A stretch of DNA of 64,000 bases from Erysipelotrichaceae bacterium (GTDB taxonomy: Bacteria; Bacillota_I; Bacilli_A; Erysipelotrichales; Erysipelotrichaceae), in assembly GCA_017512885.1 (NCBI GenBank), contig JAFWEP010000035.1, positions 5,606-69,605 of the forward strand. The letters are read 5' to 3'. The notes below the pieces were generated by a model that made no database searches, was not told where the DNA came from, and was given only the letters and a program-made list of their open reading frames with translations. Positions 1 to 9,224 of this stretch are shown here, piece by piece. Made by a program: the position numbers and the translations under genes. Each line of letters opens with the position of its first letter. Within the stretch, counting starts at the first letter, position 1.

Positions 1-390
1 AAGCGTCTTGAGCAGCAAGGCGTTAGTCACGACACAGATATCGGTGCAGAGCCCGACCAGTTCCACTTCTTCGAAAGAGAAGTCCTGCCAGCCCTTATAA
101 CCGAAAGTCGGTTTGTCGATGATCAGCGAACCTTCCGTATCCAGTCCTTCGCGGATCTGCCAGCCTTCGCTGCCTTCGATGCAGTGGATGACCGGGAGGT
201 GTTTTCCTTCATTGGTCGACAGGTAATCTTCGTGATGGGTGTCCCGGGTAAAGATGATCTCATCTCCCGCTTCCCGATACGCTTCGATCTTCTTCCGGAC
301 GTTCTCCACGATCGCTTCGGCTTCTTTCGTACCCAGCGATCCGTCGATAAAGTCATTCTGCATGTCGATCACGATCAGTGTCTTCTTCAT
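1..390 (-). CDS. Isochorismatase/nicotinamidase-family cysteine hydrolase (3' end runs off the window)
   Basis: Own translation from ATG at 390-388: MKKTLIVIDMQNDFIDGSLG...HLPVIHCIEGSEGW...VELVGLCTDICVVTNALLL. The DMQNDF and LCTDIC motifs fit the D-K-C triad of this family. Missing from the ORF track because it is open at the window edge. Confidence 0.8.
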   Translation of the reverse strand, partial: MKKTLIVIDMQNDFIDGSLGTKEAEAIVENVRKKIEAYREAGDEIIFTRDTHHEDYLSTNEGKHLPVIHCIEGSEGWQIREGLDTEGSLIIDKPTFGYKGWQDFSFEEVELVGLCTDICVVTNALLLKTL

Positions 391-1192
391 GTCCGTCCTC
401 CTTTTTCCCTATTGTACAGAGTTTTCCCCGCAGCACGTAGCCGATCTTTTCATAGCAGGCATTGGAAGCCGCATAATCCGCATCCGTATACAGCATCGGC
501 ATCCTTCCTTCTTCGTGAATGAGGCAGCTCATCTGCCAGACCAGATTCTCAGCATAGTGCTTCCTTCTCTCTTCCGGCAGGGTAAAGACCCCGCTGATCG
601 TAGAGATCTCCCCGACAGGATGCTGGCGGCACATGGCCACGCTCTTCCCTGCAGGATCCTTCCACAGCCAGAGCATCCCTCCGGCGATGCAGTTCGTCAG
701 GATCTCCCGATAGGTCTCCCAGTCTCTTTCATCCAGCTGCAGTTCCCGATGGAAGGCCGCTTCCATCTGCAGGACATCCTGCAGATCCTTTTCCTCCGCT
801 CTTACGGCAGAGCCTTCCGCCGGATCCGGCCTCTTCGGAGAAGGACAGTCATAGGCATACATGTTGGTATAGATCTCGGCCGGACAGCCTTCTTCTGCGG
901 CCCTCTGCAGGAAGTATTCCGCCAGTTCATAGCGCAGATTATAACGATAGCCTTCTTTCAAAGGACAGAGCTCCCGGGCCAGCTGCCAGGTCGCTTCCTT
1001 TTCTTCAGTACCGGCATCCGCCGGGACCCAGATCCAGACCGGGAAAGGATCTTCGGAATGGCAGAGGATCAGCCTTTTGCGGTCCGTACGGATCAGCCGG
1101 CATTCTCCTTCCAGGATCCTCAGCAGGACCGCATAAGTATAGCGGTCATCCTGCAGCAGGATACGGTCTTCTTCGTGCCATATGGTTTCCAT
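353..1192 (-). CDS. GNAT-family N-acetyltransferase-like protein
   Basis: 279-aa ORF. The C-terminal half (...LPEERRKHYAENLVWQMSCL...YTDADYAASNACYEKIGY) looks like an acetyl-CoA-binding GNAT core. Its ATG shares one nt with the upstream stop (TGATG). Confidence 0.6.
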   Translation of the reverse strand: METIWHEEDRILLQDDRYTYAVLLRILEGECRLIRTDRKRLILCHSEDPFPVWIWVPADAGTEEKEATWQLARELCPLKEGYRYNLRYELAEYFLQRAAEEGCPAEIYTNMYAYDCPSPKRPDPAEGSAVRAEEKDLQDVLQMEAAFHRELQLDERDWETYREILTNCIAGGMLWLWKDPAGKSVAMCRQHPVGEISTISGVFTLPEERRKHYAENLVWQMSCLIHEEGRMPMLYTDADYAASNACYEKIGYVLRGKLCTIGKKEDGHEEDTDRDRHAE

Positions 1193-1998
1193 CAGTATTC
1201 CTCCCTTGCAAAGAAATCCCGCACCCGACGGTTGAAATCCTTTGCCTCTTCTTCATAGACGGCATGACCTCCGTTTTCATAGAGGTAAACTTCGCAGTTC
1301 AGTTTCCCGGCGATCTCTGCAGAAGCTTCCGGTGTTACGATCTTATCTTCCTTCCCGCCCAATACCAGGACCGGGCAGGAGATCTTCTCCAGCAGTTCAT
1401 AGCTCTCGCAGCTCAGGCAGGCCTGCGCACAGATCAGAAAACGGGACAGCGGCATCGTCTTCGTGAATCCCGCAAGCAGGGGCAGCAGGATACGGTAACG
1501 CTCCTGATAGGCTGCGGAATAGTTCTCCTGCAGATAATCCAGCAGGATCCCCTCCTTGTCGCCGGCTTCCGCCAGAGCGCACCAGCGTTCGATATGTCGA
1601 GCGAGCGTATCATTGCGGCGGCTGAGCGTCACTCCCAATACCAGTTTCCTGACCAGTTCCGGATGGTCGATCGCGAGATACTGCGCGATCATGCCGCCCT
1701 GCGAGACCCCCAGCACGCAGGCGTCCTTCAGTCCCAGCGCTTTCATCCCCAGAGCGATATCTTCTGCCATCTCCCGTACGGTACAGCCTTCCGGAAGGTC
1801 TTCCCGGCGGTCAAAACAGTACAGGGTATACTCCTTCGCAAACCCGCGATACAGCCACCAGAGCCCGAGAGCAACGGAAAGACCGCGCACATCCTGCACG
1901 TTCAGTCCGCTGATCAGCAGCATCGTTTTCTTTCCTTTGCCGAAGGAGATGCAGTTCATCTTCCTGCCTTCAGCCGTGATCGTCCGTTCCTGTATCAT
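1192..1998 (-). CDS. Alpha/beta-fold hydrolase
   Basis: 268 aa with a nucleophile elbow GVSQGG and a C-terminal GGHAVYEE histidine region. ATGA start/stop overlap with the rhodanese gene. Confidence 0.75.
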   Translation of the reverse strand: MIQERTITAEGRKMNCISFGKGKKTMLLISGLNVQDVRGLSVALGLWWLYRGFAKEYTLYCFDRREDLPEGCTVREMAEDIALGMKALGLKDACVLGVSQGGMIAQYLAIDHPELVRKLVLGVTLSRRNDTLARHIERWCALAEAGDKEGILLDYLQENYSAAYQERYRILLPLLAGFTKTMPLSRFLICAQACLSCESYELLEKISCPVLVLGGKEDKIVTPEASAEIAGKLNCEVYLYENGGHAVYEEEAKDFNRRVRDFFAREEY

Positions 1999-2372
1999 TC
2001 CTCTGTCGTGATCTCTCCGCTCCAGTCCTGGATCCCGCCCAGATCATAGACCCGGGCATAGCCTGCATCGCTCAGTTTCCGTGCTGCTTCCGCGCTCCTT
2101 CTGCCGCTGCGGCAGTAGACGATGATCGTCTGCGAAAGATCCGGATAGTCCGCGAAAGCTTCCTTTCCGATCGTTTCGTTGGGTATGCACACAGCCGTGG
2201 GAATGTGTCCGCTGCGGTATTCCTCTTCCGTCCGTACATCCAGCAGGAGGACGTCTCCCTTCTCCAGCAGGGCCAGAGCTTCTTCCTGCGTGATCTTCGT
2301 ATAGGAAGCCGCCGGAGCAGCCCTGCAGGCAAAGAGACAGATCAGCAGCAATACATATCGCAGGGTCTTCAT
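1995..2372 (-). CDS. Secreted rhodanese-domain sulfurtransferase
   Basis: 125 aa with an N-terminal signal peptide (MKTLRYVLLLICLFA). Rhodanese active-site loop CRSGRRS. Confidence 0.8.
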   Translation of the reverse strand: MKTLRYVLLLICLFACRAAPAASYTKITQEEALALLEKGDVLLLDVRTEEEYRSGHIPTAVCIPNETIGKEAFADYPDLSQTIIVYCRSGRRSAEAARKLSDAGYARVYDLGGIQDWSGEITTEE

Positions 2373-3292
2373 TTTCTTTCTTTCAGATCGTAGACGAAGA
2401 CTTCCGAGATCTCCCGTTCATAACCGGGATAGAATCCACGGGGCATGCCCAGGATGATACGGGCTCCCCGGTTATAGAGCAGGATGAACTGTTTCTTTGT
2501 CTTGTTGAAGGTAAGGCCTTCGATCTCGCCCGAAAAGGTCACATCATCAAAGGTCCTTTCCAGGGTGACGGTCGCATGGCTGTCTTCCGGAGAGACCTTC
2601 ATCCGGTAAAGATGATCCGGTTCCGAAAGATCGGCTTCGCCGTCATCTGCCGTCAGGAAGAGCTCTCCTTCGTAATAAGCGACGCCCTGCAGCCACTGCG
2701 GCGGCATCTGCAGATGGACTTTGCCGAGATAGGCTCCGCTGTCCAGATCGTATTTGTACAGATAGCGTCCGCTCTCTTCGCCGACCCAGGAGCACATCCA
2801 GACGAGGCGGCGGTCAGGATCGACAGCGATGCCGGAACATTCCAGCTGACCGCTTTCCGGTTCGAACGGAAAGGTCCTTTTCAGTTCGAGTGTATCTGCA
2901 TCATAGACAGCGATCTGGATATTGGTCCCGATCCCGTCCATGAAGTATTCCGCTCCGATATAGAGCTCATTCTGATAGACGTCGATGTCTCCGATATGAT
3001 TGACTTCCCGTTCATAACCGATGAAAGGTTCATCGTTCGTCTTCAGCAGGTTCCAGTCGGCATCGTATTTGCTTAAGGTCGTACTGCCGCTGACCCAGTA
3101 GAAGTCCCCTTCGCTGCAGACGCCCTGCCGGCCGTTCACTTCCGCTGACATCTGCAGGGTGTATTCATAGTGCGGCAGCATCACTGAGACATCTGTCTCT
3201 GGACGTCCTGTTTTCTCCTGTCCAGTGCATCCCATCAACATGATCAGTAACCCTCCGATCAGGATCTTCCGATATATCCTCTCTCTTTTCAT
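2369..3292 (-). CDS. Putative lipoprotein, function unknown (beta-propeller-like by composition)
   Basis: Start reset to MKRERIYRKILIGGLLIMLMGCTG (lipobox LMGC). The upstream part of the track ORF overlaps the tetR 3' end. Confidence 0.6.
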   Translation of the reverse strand: MKRERIYRKILIGGLLIMLMGCTGQEKTGRPETDVSVMLPHYEYTLQMSAEVNGRQGVCSEGDFYWVSGSTTLSKYDADWNLLKTNDEPFIGYEREVNHIGDIDVYQNELYIGAEYFMDGIGTNIQIAVYDADTLELKRTFPFEPESGQLECSGIAVDPDRRLVWMCSWVGEESGRYLYKYDLDSGAYLGKVHLQMPPQWLQGVAYYEGELFLTADDGEADLSEPDHLYRMKVSPEDSHATVTLERTFDDVTFSGEIEGLTFNKTKKQFILLYNRGARIILGMPRGFYPGYEREISEVFVYDLKERK

Positions 3293-3297
3293 TATAA

Positions 3298-3810
3298 CTA
3301 CCTCAGCGCATCCTCTGCGAAAGAGCTCCAATAACGGGCTACGGTAAGGCTCATCTCCTGCGGAGATCCCTTCATGCCCTGAAGCACCCATTCCGTGATC
3401 CAGCCATAGAGTCCGTATAAGACAAAGATCTTTTTATCCTTCTCCGATCCTGCCAGTGGAAAGAGCGCTCCGTTCTCTTTCAGCATCTCCAGCAGCGGGT
3501 AGCCCAGCCGGTTTTCAAAAAGCGGGCGGTAAAGCGCACGATACTGCTTGATATGCATGAAGAGCGCCAGAAAGCGGCTCTCCGGACTGCTGTCCGGTTC
3601 CTGCAGCAGAGCCCAGTCCTGCAGCAGTTTTTCAGCATAGACGGTCAGGATATCCTCGACCCGTTCGTAATTGCGGTAGAAGGATGCCCTTCCGACACCG
3701 GACTCCCGGCAGAGGGAGCGGACTTCGATCTCCCGCAGTTTCTTCTCCTGCAGATCCTGCAGCAGGGTCTCGGTGATCTTCTCCTGCAGCGGTGTTAACG
3801 ATCTTCTCAT
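3298..3810 (-). CDS. TetR/AcrR-family transcriptional regulator
   Basis: Start at MRRSLTPLQEKI behind the RBS GGAGGT. HTH segment REIEVRSLCRESGVGRASFYRNY. Confidence 0.85.
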   Translation of the reverse strand: MRRSLTPLQEKITETLLQDLQEKKLREIEVRSLCRESGVGRASFYRNYERVEDILTVYAEKLLQDWALLQEPDSSPESRFLALFMHIKQYRALYRPLFENRLGYPLLEMLKENGALFPLAGSEKDKKIFVLYGLYGWITEWVLQGMKGSPQEMSLTVARYWSSFAEDALR

Positions 3811-3822
3811 AAGACCTCCATA

Positions 3823-3861
3823 GATACATATGTCTCTCATTATTATATATGATACATATGT
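3823..3861 (-). promoter_or_regulatory. Candidate TetR operator/promoter: two direct copies of GATACATATGT around a TATAAT
   Basis: GATACATATGT sits at 3823-3833 and 3851-3861, each with the core palindrome ACATATGT. A minus-strand TATAAT lies at 3842-3847, immediately upstream of tetR. Confidence 0.45.
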
Positions 3862-3883
3862 TTCGTTTTGCTGTCAAATCAAA

Positions 3884-3909
3884 GAAAAAAGAGTCGACAG
3901 ACTCTTTTT
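3884..3909 (-). terminator. Intrinsic terminator after the 3912-4349 gene
   Basis: Stem AAAAAGAGTC/GACTCTTTTT with a 4-nt loop, followed by a T-run on the minus strand. Confidence 0.7.
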
Positions 3910-3911
3910 GC

Positions 3912-4349
3912 TCAGAAGAATAACTGACGGCTGCTCCCTCTCAGCAGGATGAACAGGATCAGCAGATAGGCCGCCAGTTTCAGCAGCGGGAAAGCATTGA
4001 TCTTCCCTTTCAGTTTCCAGGATACGGAAGCCAGCGAGAACAGGGTAAAGCCAAGAGCCAACAGATAGTTTCCCGGACTCCCTGCCTTCAGGATCACCGC
4101 GGCAGTCAGGCCCTGTACGATCCCGACAAGGAAGGTCACACCGCCCATCTTTCGGGCAAAGGTGCTTCGCTTCTCTGCAGTATCCAGTTTCTGCAGGAAA
4201 CTGTCTGAAAGCTCCAGCGGGTTCAGCTCCCGCCTGCCGCTCAGATAGATCAGACCGGTCACGACGCTGAAGACGCACAGCACCGCATAGAATACCGAGC
4301 AGAGGATCAGAGGGATATTTCCGGAAAGGACCGTTCTCATTTCATTCAT
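3912..4349 (-). CDS. Small integral membrane protein, function unknown
   Basis: Start at MNEMRTVL behind GGAGG. About four hydrophobic spans. Confidence 0.55.
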   Translation of the reverse strand: MNEMRTVLSGNIPLILCSVFYAVLCVFSVVTGLIYLSGRRELNPLELSDSFLQKLDTAEKRSTFARKMGGVTFLVGIVQGLTAAVILKAGSPGNYLLALGFTLFSLASVSWKLKGKINAFPLLKLAAYLLILFILLRGSSRQLFF

Positions 4350-4399
4350 CGAACTGCCTCCATTCCCTGCCATTATACGATAGATTCAGGAAAACAGAA

Positions 4400-5665
4400 C
4401 TAGGACCAGATCACCCAGATCAGCAGATAGCCGGCAATGACAGCCGTCAGAGTGAAAGGCACACCGATCCGTAAGAAGTCCTTCGTCGTCGGCTCATAGC
4501 CTTCCCGGCGCAGGATGCCGATACCGGCGATATTGGCACTGGCACCGACCGGCGTGATGTTGCCGCCCAGCGTCGCACCGATCAGAAGACCGAAATCAAA
4601 GAGATAGGGAGAAACGCCCATCGCAGCCGCGATCCCGTTCACGACCGGCAGCATGGCCGCTACGTAGGGGATATTGTCGACGAAGGCGGAGACCAGCACA
4701 GAGACGAAGACGATCAGGGTATACATCAGGAAGAGACTGCTGCCGCCTGCCTTGACGAAGGCATTGGCGATCGCATCGATCACGCCGGCCCGGGTGATCC
4801 CTTCGATGACCATGAAGAGGCCGCAGAGCAGCAGTAAGGTCTCGTAGTCCACCGATGCCAGGACATCCCGGATGACGGTCTCTTTCTTCTGACGGAAAGT
4901 CTCGCACAGTGTGCCCAGGATCCCCAGAGACATGCAGATCAGACCGTTGGTCAGTTCCGGTTTCTGTTCAAACTGGGAAGCCACGATCAGCAGCACAACT
5001 AACGACACCAGCAATGCCGTCGGTACATGATCCTTTACCTCGGTCGTCACTTCCGCTTCGACCTTCCCCTGCTCCTTGCGGAACAGGAAGAGGATGACCG
5101 GGATCGTCAGCAATGCACCCAGTTCGACCGCCCAGCAGATGCCCGGACGGCCCTGGAACCAGAAGAAATCATTGAAGCTCAGGTTGGCATAAGAACCTAA
5201 AAGGATACTGGTCGTATCCCCGACCAGAGTGGCAGCGCCCTGCAGGTTCGAGGAGACGGCGATACTGATGATGACCGAGATCGGGTTCGTGCCGATCTTC
5301 CTGGCGGCTGCCAGTCCTACCGGCGCTACCATCAGCACGGTCGCGACATTATCGACGAAGGCCGAGATGATCCCGGCAAAGAGGCTCAAGACAACGACCG
5401 CCCACTGAACGTTGGGCACCCTCTTCAGCAGTCTTTCCGACATCCTGGCCGACATGCCGCTGTCGATGAACAGTTTGACGATCATCATCGTCCCCATCAG
5501 CATCAGGATCACATTGAGATTGATCGCCCGCAGCGCATCCAGCGGCTTGACGATCTGTAAGACCATAAACAGCGCTGCCGTGACCAGTGCCGTCAGATGA
5601 CGGTACTTCGGAAACATCAGCAGCAGAACATACATCACAACAAAAATACACAGTGCCTTTACCAT
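4400..5665 (-). CDS. ArsB/NhaD (SLC13-like) superfamily permease
   Basis: Start at MVKALCIF behind GGAGG. It is polytopic, with duplicated SAFVDNV/AFVDNIP and GGNITPVGASAN motifs typical of the superfamily. Confidence 0.75.
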   Translation of the reverse strand: MVKALCIFVVMYVLLLMFPKYRHLTALVTAALFMVLQIVKPLDALRAINLNVILMLMGTMMIVKLFIDSGMSARMSERLLKRVPNVQWAVVVLSLFAGIISAFVDNVATVLMVAPVGLAAARKIGTNPISVIISIAVSSNLQGAATLVGDTTSILLGSYANLSFNDFFWFQGRPGICWAVELGALLTIPVILFLFRKEQGKVEAEVTTEVKDHVPTALLVSLVVLLIVASQFEQKPELTNGLICMSLGILGTLCETFRQKKETVIRDVLASVDYETLLLLCGLFMVIEGITRAGVIDAIANAFVKAGGSSLFLMYTLIVFVSVLVSAFVDNIPYVAAMLPVVNGIAAAMGVSPYLFDFGLLIGATLGGNITPVGASANIAGIGILRREGYEPTTKDFLRIGVPFTLTAVIAGYLLIWVIWS

Positions 5666-5682
5666 ATCTACCTCCGGTAAAT

Positions 5683-5863
5683 CAAAAAGCACAGTCAAAA
5701 CTGTGCCTGTTCCTCATTCGAGTCCCATCCACAGTTTCCCTGTGCATGAGTCTCACCATTTCAAGACAGTCCGGGTCGATAGACCGCGATGACGAACTGT
5801 CTGCTAACTGCCGGTTACTCCCTCAGCATTGCCGATTATAGCGCTTTTCGTCCCCGGGAACAA
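5683..5863 (-). promoter_or_regulatory. Promoter plus structured leader: candidate yybP-ykoY-like (Mn2+) riboswitch with intrinsic terminator
   Basis: On the minus strand, TTGTTC-N17-TATAAT spans 5863-5835. An aptamer-like segment follows at about 5827-5743 (GCUGAGGGAGUAACC...AGACAGU-UCGUCA-...GGUC-UAUC-GACC-CGG-ACUGUCU-UGAAAUGGUGAGACUCAUGCA). The terminator GCACAG-UUUGA-CUGUGC-UUUUU sits at 5706-5685. The motif assignment is from memory of the family consensus. Confidence 0.4.
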
Positions 5864-5865
5864 TC

Positions 5866-6492
5866 TCATCTTATGGGGTGCCGGATCACTGTCTTCAGCT
5901 TTTCCGGAGGAGTCTTCCGGGCGTCGCTGAGATAGATCTCATGGTGGAGCCGTTTTTCCGTGATATCCAGGACATGGCCCTGTTCTTTCATGTATTCATG
6001 CATCCGTGCCACTGTAGCAGGCTCCTCGTCATAAGGACCGTTATGCAGGCACTGGATGCAGAGACCTTCATCATAGCTCAGGAATTCCACTTTCGAGAAG
6101 TCTTCCTTCTTTTTCCGGGAGGCTTCCCCGACTGCCCACTCCACATCTGCCTCTGACACGAAATCCGGGAGCCGGATCAGTGATATCCAGTGAAAGTCTT
6201 CCTTATGGGCATAGTCGACACCTTCGACGCCCTCCTGCCGCCAGAGGCCTTCCAGGGGCGGGACCACATAATCAAAGAAGCCCTCGATGCGATGGTCGCC
6301 CTTCTTACTCATTTTCAGGGTATAGGCAACGCCGTACAGCAGGCCGATCGCCCGCTGATATGCTCCGCCTTCTTCGTTCGGATCGCCTTCCCCGCGCACT
6401 GCCAGATAGTTCATATGCGGGATATCGACGATGGCAGGGGCTTCCCCCGGCATATAGAACTCTTTGTATTCCTTCTTGAAATCGAAAACCAT
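5866..6492 (-). CDS. GyrI-like small-molecule-binding domain protein
   Basis: Start at MVFDFKKEYKEFY behind GGAGGAG. The sequence (PPLEGLWRQEG..., HHEIYLSDARKTPPEKLKTVIRHPI) matches the common Firmicutes GyrI-like family. Confidence 0.7.
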   Translation of the reverse strand: MVFDFKKEYKEFYMPGEAPAIVDIPHMNYLAVRGEGDPNEEGGAYQRAIGLLYGVAYTLKMSKKGDHRIEGFFDYVVPPLEGLWRQEGVEGVDYAHKEDFHWISLIRLPDFVSEADVEWAVGEASRKKKEDFSKVEFLSYDEGLCIQCLHNGPYDEEPATVARMHEYMKEQGHVLDITEKRLHHEIYLSDARKTPPEKLKTVIRHPIR

Positions 6493-6555
6493 GGGTCTCC
6501 TCCTTCCCATCATATCTTATCGATCGGACCGCGTACGACTTCCGCCTCGCGTATC

Positions 6556-7032
6556 TCAGGACTCCTTGACGATCTTTCCGGTCATGTGTTCCGGGATGAG
6601 CGCAAACATCAGCGTACCGGGACCGGAATGTTGGATCACATGCTGGATATAGGCTTCGTCATCAGTGAATTTGCGGCTCAGCCTTGCAGCGATATCGTAG
6701 ATCTTCTCCCGGTCCTCGATGAATTCGATATGACCGAAAAGGATCACACTGCGGATATGCAGGGCCCAGTCCCCTTCCTCCCGGTAACCTTCATCATAGA
6801 CACAGTAAGAGACCTTCGGGTCCTTCTTCAGCATCTCCACCTTATAGCCCAGCTTCCCGCCGTGGAAATACAGTTTCCCGTCTTCCTCGTTATAGTAATG
6901 ATTCAGCGGCATCCCATAGGGATAGCCGTCATCTCCGTTGACCGAAAGGACGCCCCGTTTCTCCTTCTTCAGGATCGCGATGCATTCTTCTTCCGGCAGT
7001 TTCTGCCGGATCCTTTTCAGTTCATGAAACAT
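6556..7032 (-). CDS. Pyridoxamine 5'-phosphate oxidase-family (Nim-like) flavoprotein
   Basis: 158 aa: MFHELKRIRQKLPEEECIAILKKEKRGVLSVNGDDGYPYGMPLNHYY...LYFHG. RBS AGGAGG. Confidence 0.8.
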   Translation of the reverse strand: MFHELKRIRQKLPEEECIAILKKEKRGVLSVNGDDGYPYGMPLNHYYNEEDGKLYFHGGKLGYKVEMLKKDPKVSYCVYDEGYREEGDWALHIRSVILFGHIEFIEDREKIYDIAARLSRKFTDDEAYIQHVIQHSGPGTLMFALIPEHMTGKIVKES

Positions 7033-7089
7033 GGCCTTACCTCCTGCCCATATACAAGATATCTTTCACTGTGTAGTGACACAGATCGG

Positions 7090-7779
7090 TCACTTCCTGT
7101 TAAGCGACCTCAGAAACTCCAGCTCTCCTCTTTTGTTCAGAAGACGTTCGTTGTATTTCACGTTGTCTTCGATATATATCGCGAACAGTTCTGCTGCTGC
7201 CGTTTCCGGATCATCGTTTTCAACGGCATCCCGGAAAACATGATACGCTGTACCGGAACGTGCTGTATAGTCGATGAGATCCTTTGCGATCATAGATACT
7301 GCCTCGTCTTCCGATATTTCTTCTTCATGAACGCCGTAGTCTTCAACGATATACTTTTGAAACGGTTTCGTAACGCGCGGCTGCGTGAAAGAGACCCTTA
7401 TCTTGTTTTTGTCTGTTACTTTTCTGTCGCTGGAAAATGTCCTTATGCCCGCATGGTACTTTCCGTCCGATGTCAGGAACAGGTCGTAGCATTCGCTTCC
7501 TCGCGGCAGAAGATAGTATCCCCACATGCACTTTACCGATTCGCCGAAAAAGAGACTTGGATTCTTCTCCACAACGAGCGGAAGCGGTTCTACACCGATC
7601 TGCTGCATTGCCCCGGGCAGTTCCTTCAATCCCTGCAGGAGGAAAGGATGGACAGCATCAGCAAGCTCCTTTTCTCTTTTCAGTTTGTGCATTTCAGAGG
7701 AAAACTTCACCAGTTCCTCTCTGTTCTTCTGCTCGCTCTTCGCGATCTCTTTTCTGACTGCATTATCCAGCAATCCCAT
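7090..7779 (-). CDS. Hypothetical protein
   Basis: 229-aa ORF behind the RBS AAGGGGGA. I recognise no family. GC looks lower than in the neighbours. Confidence 0.5.
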   Translation of the reverse strand: MGLLDNAVRKEIAKSEQKNREELVKFSSEMHKLKREKELADAVHPFLLQGLKELPGAMQQIGVEPLPLVVEKNPSLFFGESVKCMWGYYLLPRGSECYDLFLTSDGKYHAGIRTFSSDRKVTDKNKIRVSFTQPRVTKPFQKYIVEDYGVHEEEISEDEAVSMIAKDLIDYTARSGTAYHVFRDAVENDDPETAAAELFAIYIEDNVKYNERLLNKRGELEFLRSLNRK

Positions 7780-7811
7780 CTGTATATCCCCCTTTCCGTA
7801 TCACAGAACGC

Positions 7812-9224
7812 TCAGTCGGTGTACAGGATATCCAGATCCACTCTTTCCGGAACACCGTCCAGTTTCCCCTTCTCCGATACCTGCCAGATCTCATAGGGAC
7901 CGTTATAGGTCGGACGCGAAGCATACTGGGCCAGCCAGACCGGACGGGTATCGGTATGGTTCCAGACCGACTGCAGATAGTACTTGCTGCCGTACAGCAT
8001 CGCCTGATACCCTCTGCTCTCCGCATCCTTCGCAAAGACGTCATAGAGATGGTTCAGCTGCTGGAAACTGACTTCGTACTCCTGATAGTTGCCGAAGTTC
8101 TCCCAGTCGAAGACGACCGGCAGTTCCAGGGCGGTATCGCCCAGTTCCTGATAGACCTGTTCCAGTGACTTCCGCAGGTCTTCTTCATTGTTGTCGTAAC
8201 AGAAGAGATAGATGCCGACCGGCAGACCGGCTGCTTTGGCTCCGTCCAGATTCTGATGGAAACGTTTGTCGACCGTCAGTTCACCCTGGAAGGAATAGCC
8301 GACCCGGATGATCACGAACTCACAGCCGGCGGCTTTGGCAGCCCGGAAATCGATGTCGCCCTGCCAGTTGGAGATATCGATGCCCAGTTTCCGGCCCGGA
8401 CCGCCGTGATCGGCCCGAAACTCTTCAAAGGCATAATAGGAATCATCGGGTTCCGAAGGTTCCGGCTCCTCATCGGTCACCGTAACGTTCAGTTCCCAGT
8501 CCGTTACATTGCCGGAGGCATCGGTCAGGACTGCATACAGGGAATACTCTCCGGGCTCGGAGGTATCGACCTTTCCGCTCAGTTCCAGGACCGGACGGGG
8601 ATCGGCGTTGTCGCCGTAGCTCATGATCGCATTGGCGTCGAATTCCTCGCCGACCTGAAAGACCGCTCCGTTGCCGCTGCGGAAAACGACCGGTGCTTCG
8701 GTATCGCGGACCACGATGTTGAAGGAGGCTTCGGAAACGTTGCCGCTGTCGTCCTCGGCCCGGACCTTTACCGGATAGGTGCCGGAGAACTCGGCTTCGT
8801 AGTCCGTCTCGACAGTAAGCGTTCCTTCGTTGATCTCTGCATTAGCCCGGATCTCTTCTTCGCTCAGGGCTACGCCCGGATCACAGAAGAGCACTTCCCG
8901 CAGGAGAGCGATCTGCGGAGGTATCGTATCTTCAACTGTGTAGGTAAAAACGATGTCTCTTTCAAAGATCCATTTCTTTACCTTGTAGTGGAAGCTCTGT
9001 TCGCCGACTTCCTCGGTATCCAGCATCTCTGTTTCCGGCGCGACCGTACCGTTGGCTCTCCCAACGTAGTCCAGCGCCCGATAGCTTTCCGTCCTCTCCA
9101 GAACGGGATGTTGCTGCGTAAAATGAATACTCGGTCTTAACAGCAGGACGCCTCCGGCCAGTACAGCGATCAGCAGGACTGCGATGCCCGCCGCAAGTTT
9201 CACGTTCTTCTTCATCAACATCAC
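7812..9224 (-). CDS. Membrane-anchored GH25 muramidase (lysozyme) with Ig-like repeats
   Basis: N-terminal TM helix and two TIPP/TEAP Ig-like modules. The C-terminal GH25 domain reads GIDISNWQGDIDFRAAKAAGCEFVIIRVGY...DLDILY. Start is ambiguous (GTG 9224, ATG 9221 or ATG 9215). Confidence 0.8.
   Translation of the reverse strand: MMLMKKNVKLAAGIAVLLIAVLAGGVLLLRPSIHFTQQHPVLERTESYRALDYVGRANGTVAPETEMLDTEEVGEQSFHYKVKKWIFERDIVFTYTVEDTIPPQIALLREVLFCDPGVALSEEEIRANAEINEGTLTVETDYEAEFSGTYPVKVRAEDDSGNVSEASFNIVVRDTEAPVVFRSGNGAVFQVGEEFDANAIMSYGDNADPRPVLELSGKVDTSEPGEYSLYAVLTDASGNVTDWELNVTVTDEEPEPSEPDDSYYAFEEFRADHGGPGRKLGIDISNWQGDIDFRAAKAAGCEFVIIRVGYSFQGELTVDKRFHQNLDGAKAAGLPVGIYLFCYDNNEEDLRKSLEQVYQELGDTALELPVVFDWENFGNYQEYEVSFQQLNHLYDVFAKDAESRGYQAMLYGSKYYLQSVWNHTDTRPVWLAQYASRPTYNGPYEIWQVSEKGKLDGVPERVDLDILYTD

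Noticed and set aside
6190-7896. A very long plus-strand ORF (568 aa). Many similar antisense ORFs appear in the track, for example 239-1258, 9791-11152, 21113-22093, 35429-36868, 44484-45620 and 59933-61408.
   Set aside because: Each lies opposite a minus-strand gene with clear family signatures. They span several real genes, have Arg/Gly/Asp-rich low-information translations, and lack RBSs. They are typical shadow ORFs of GC-rich coding DNA.
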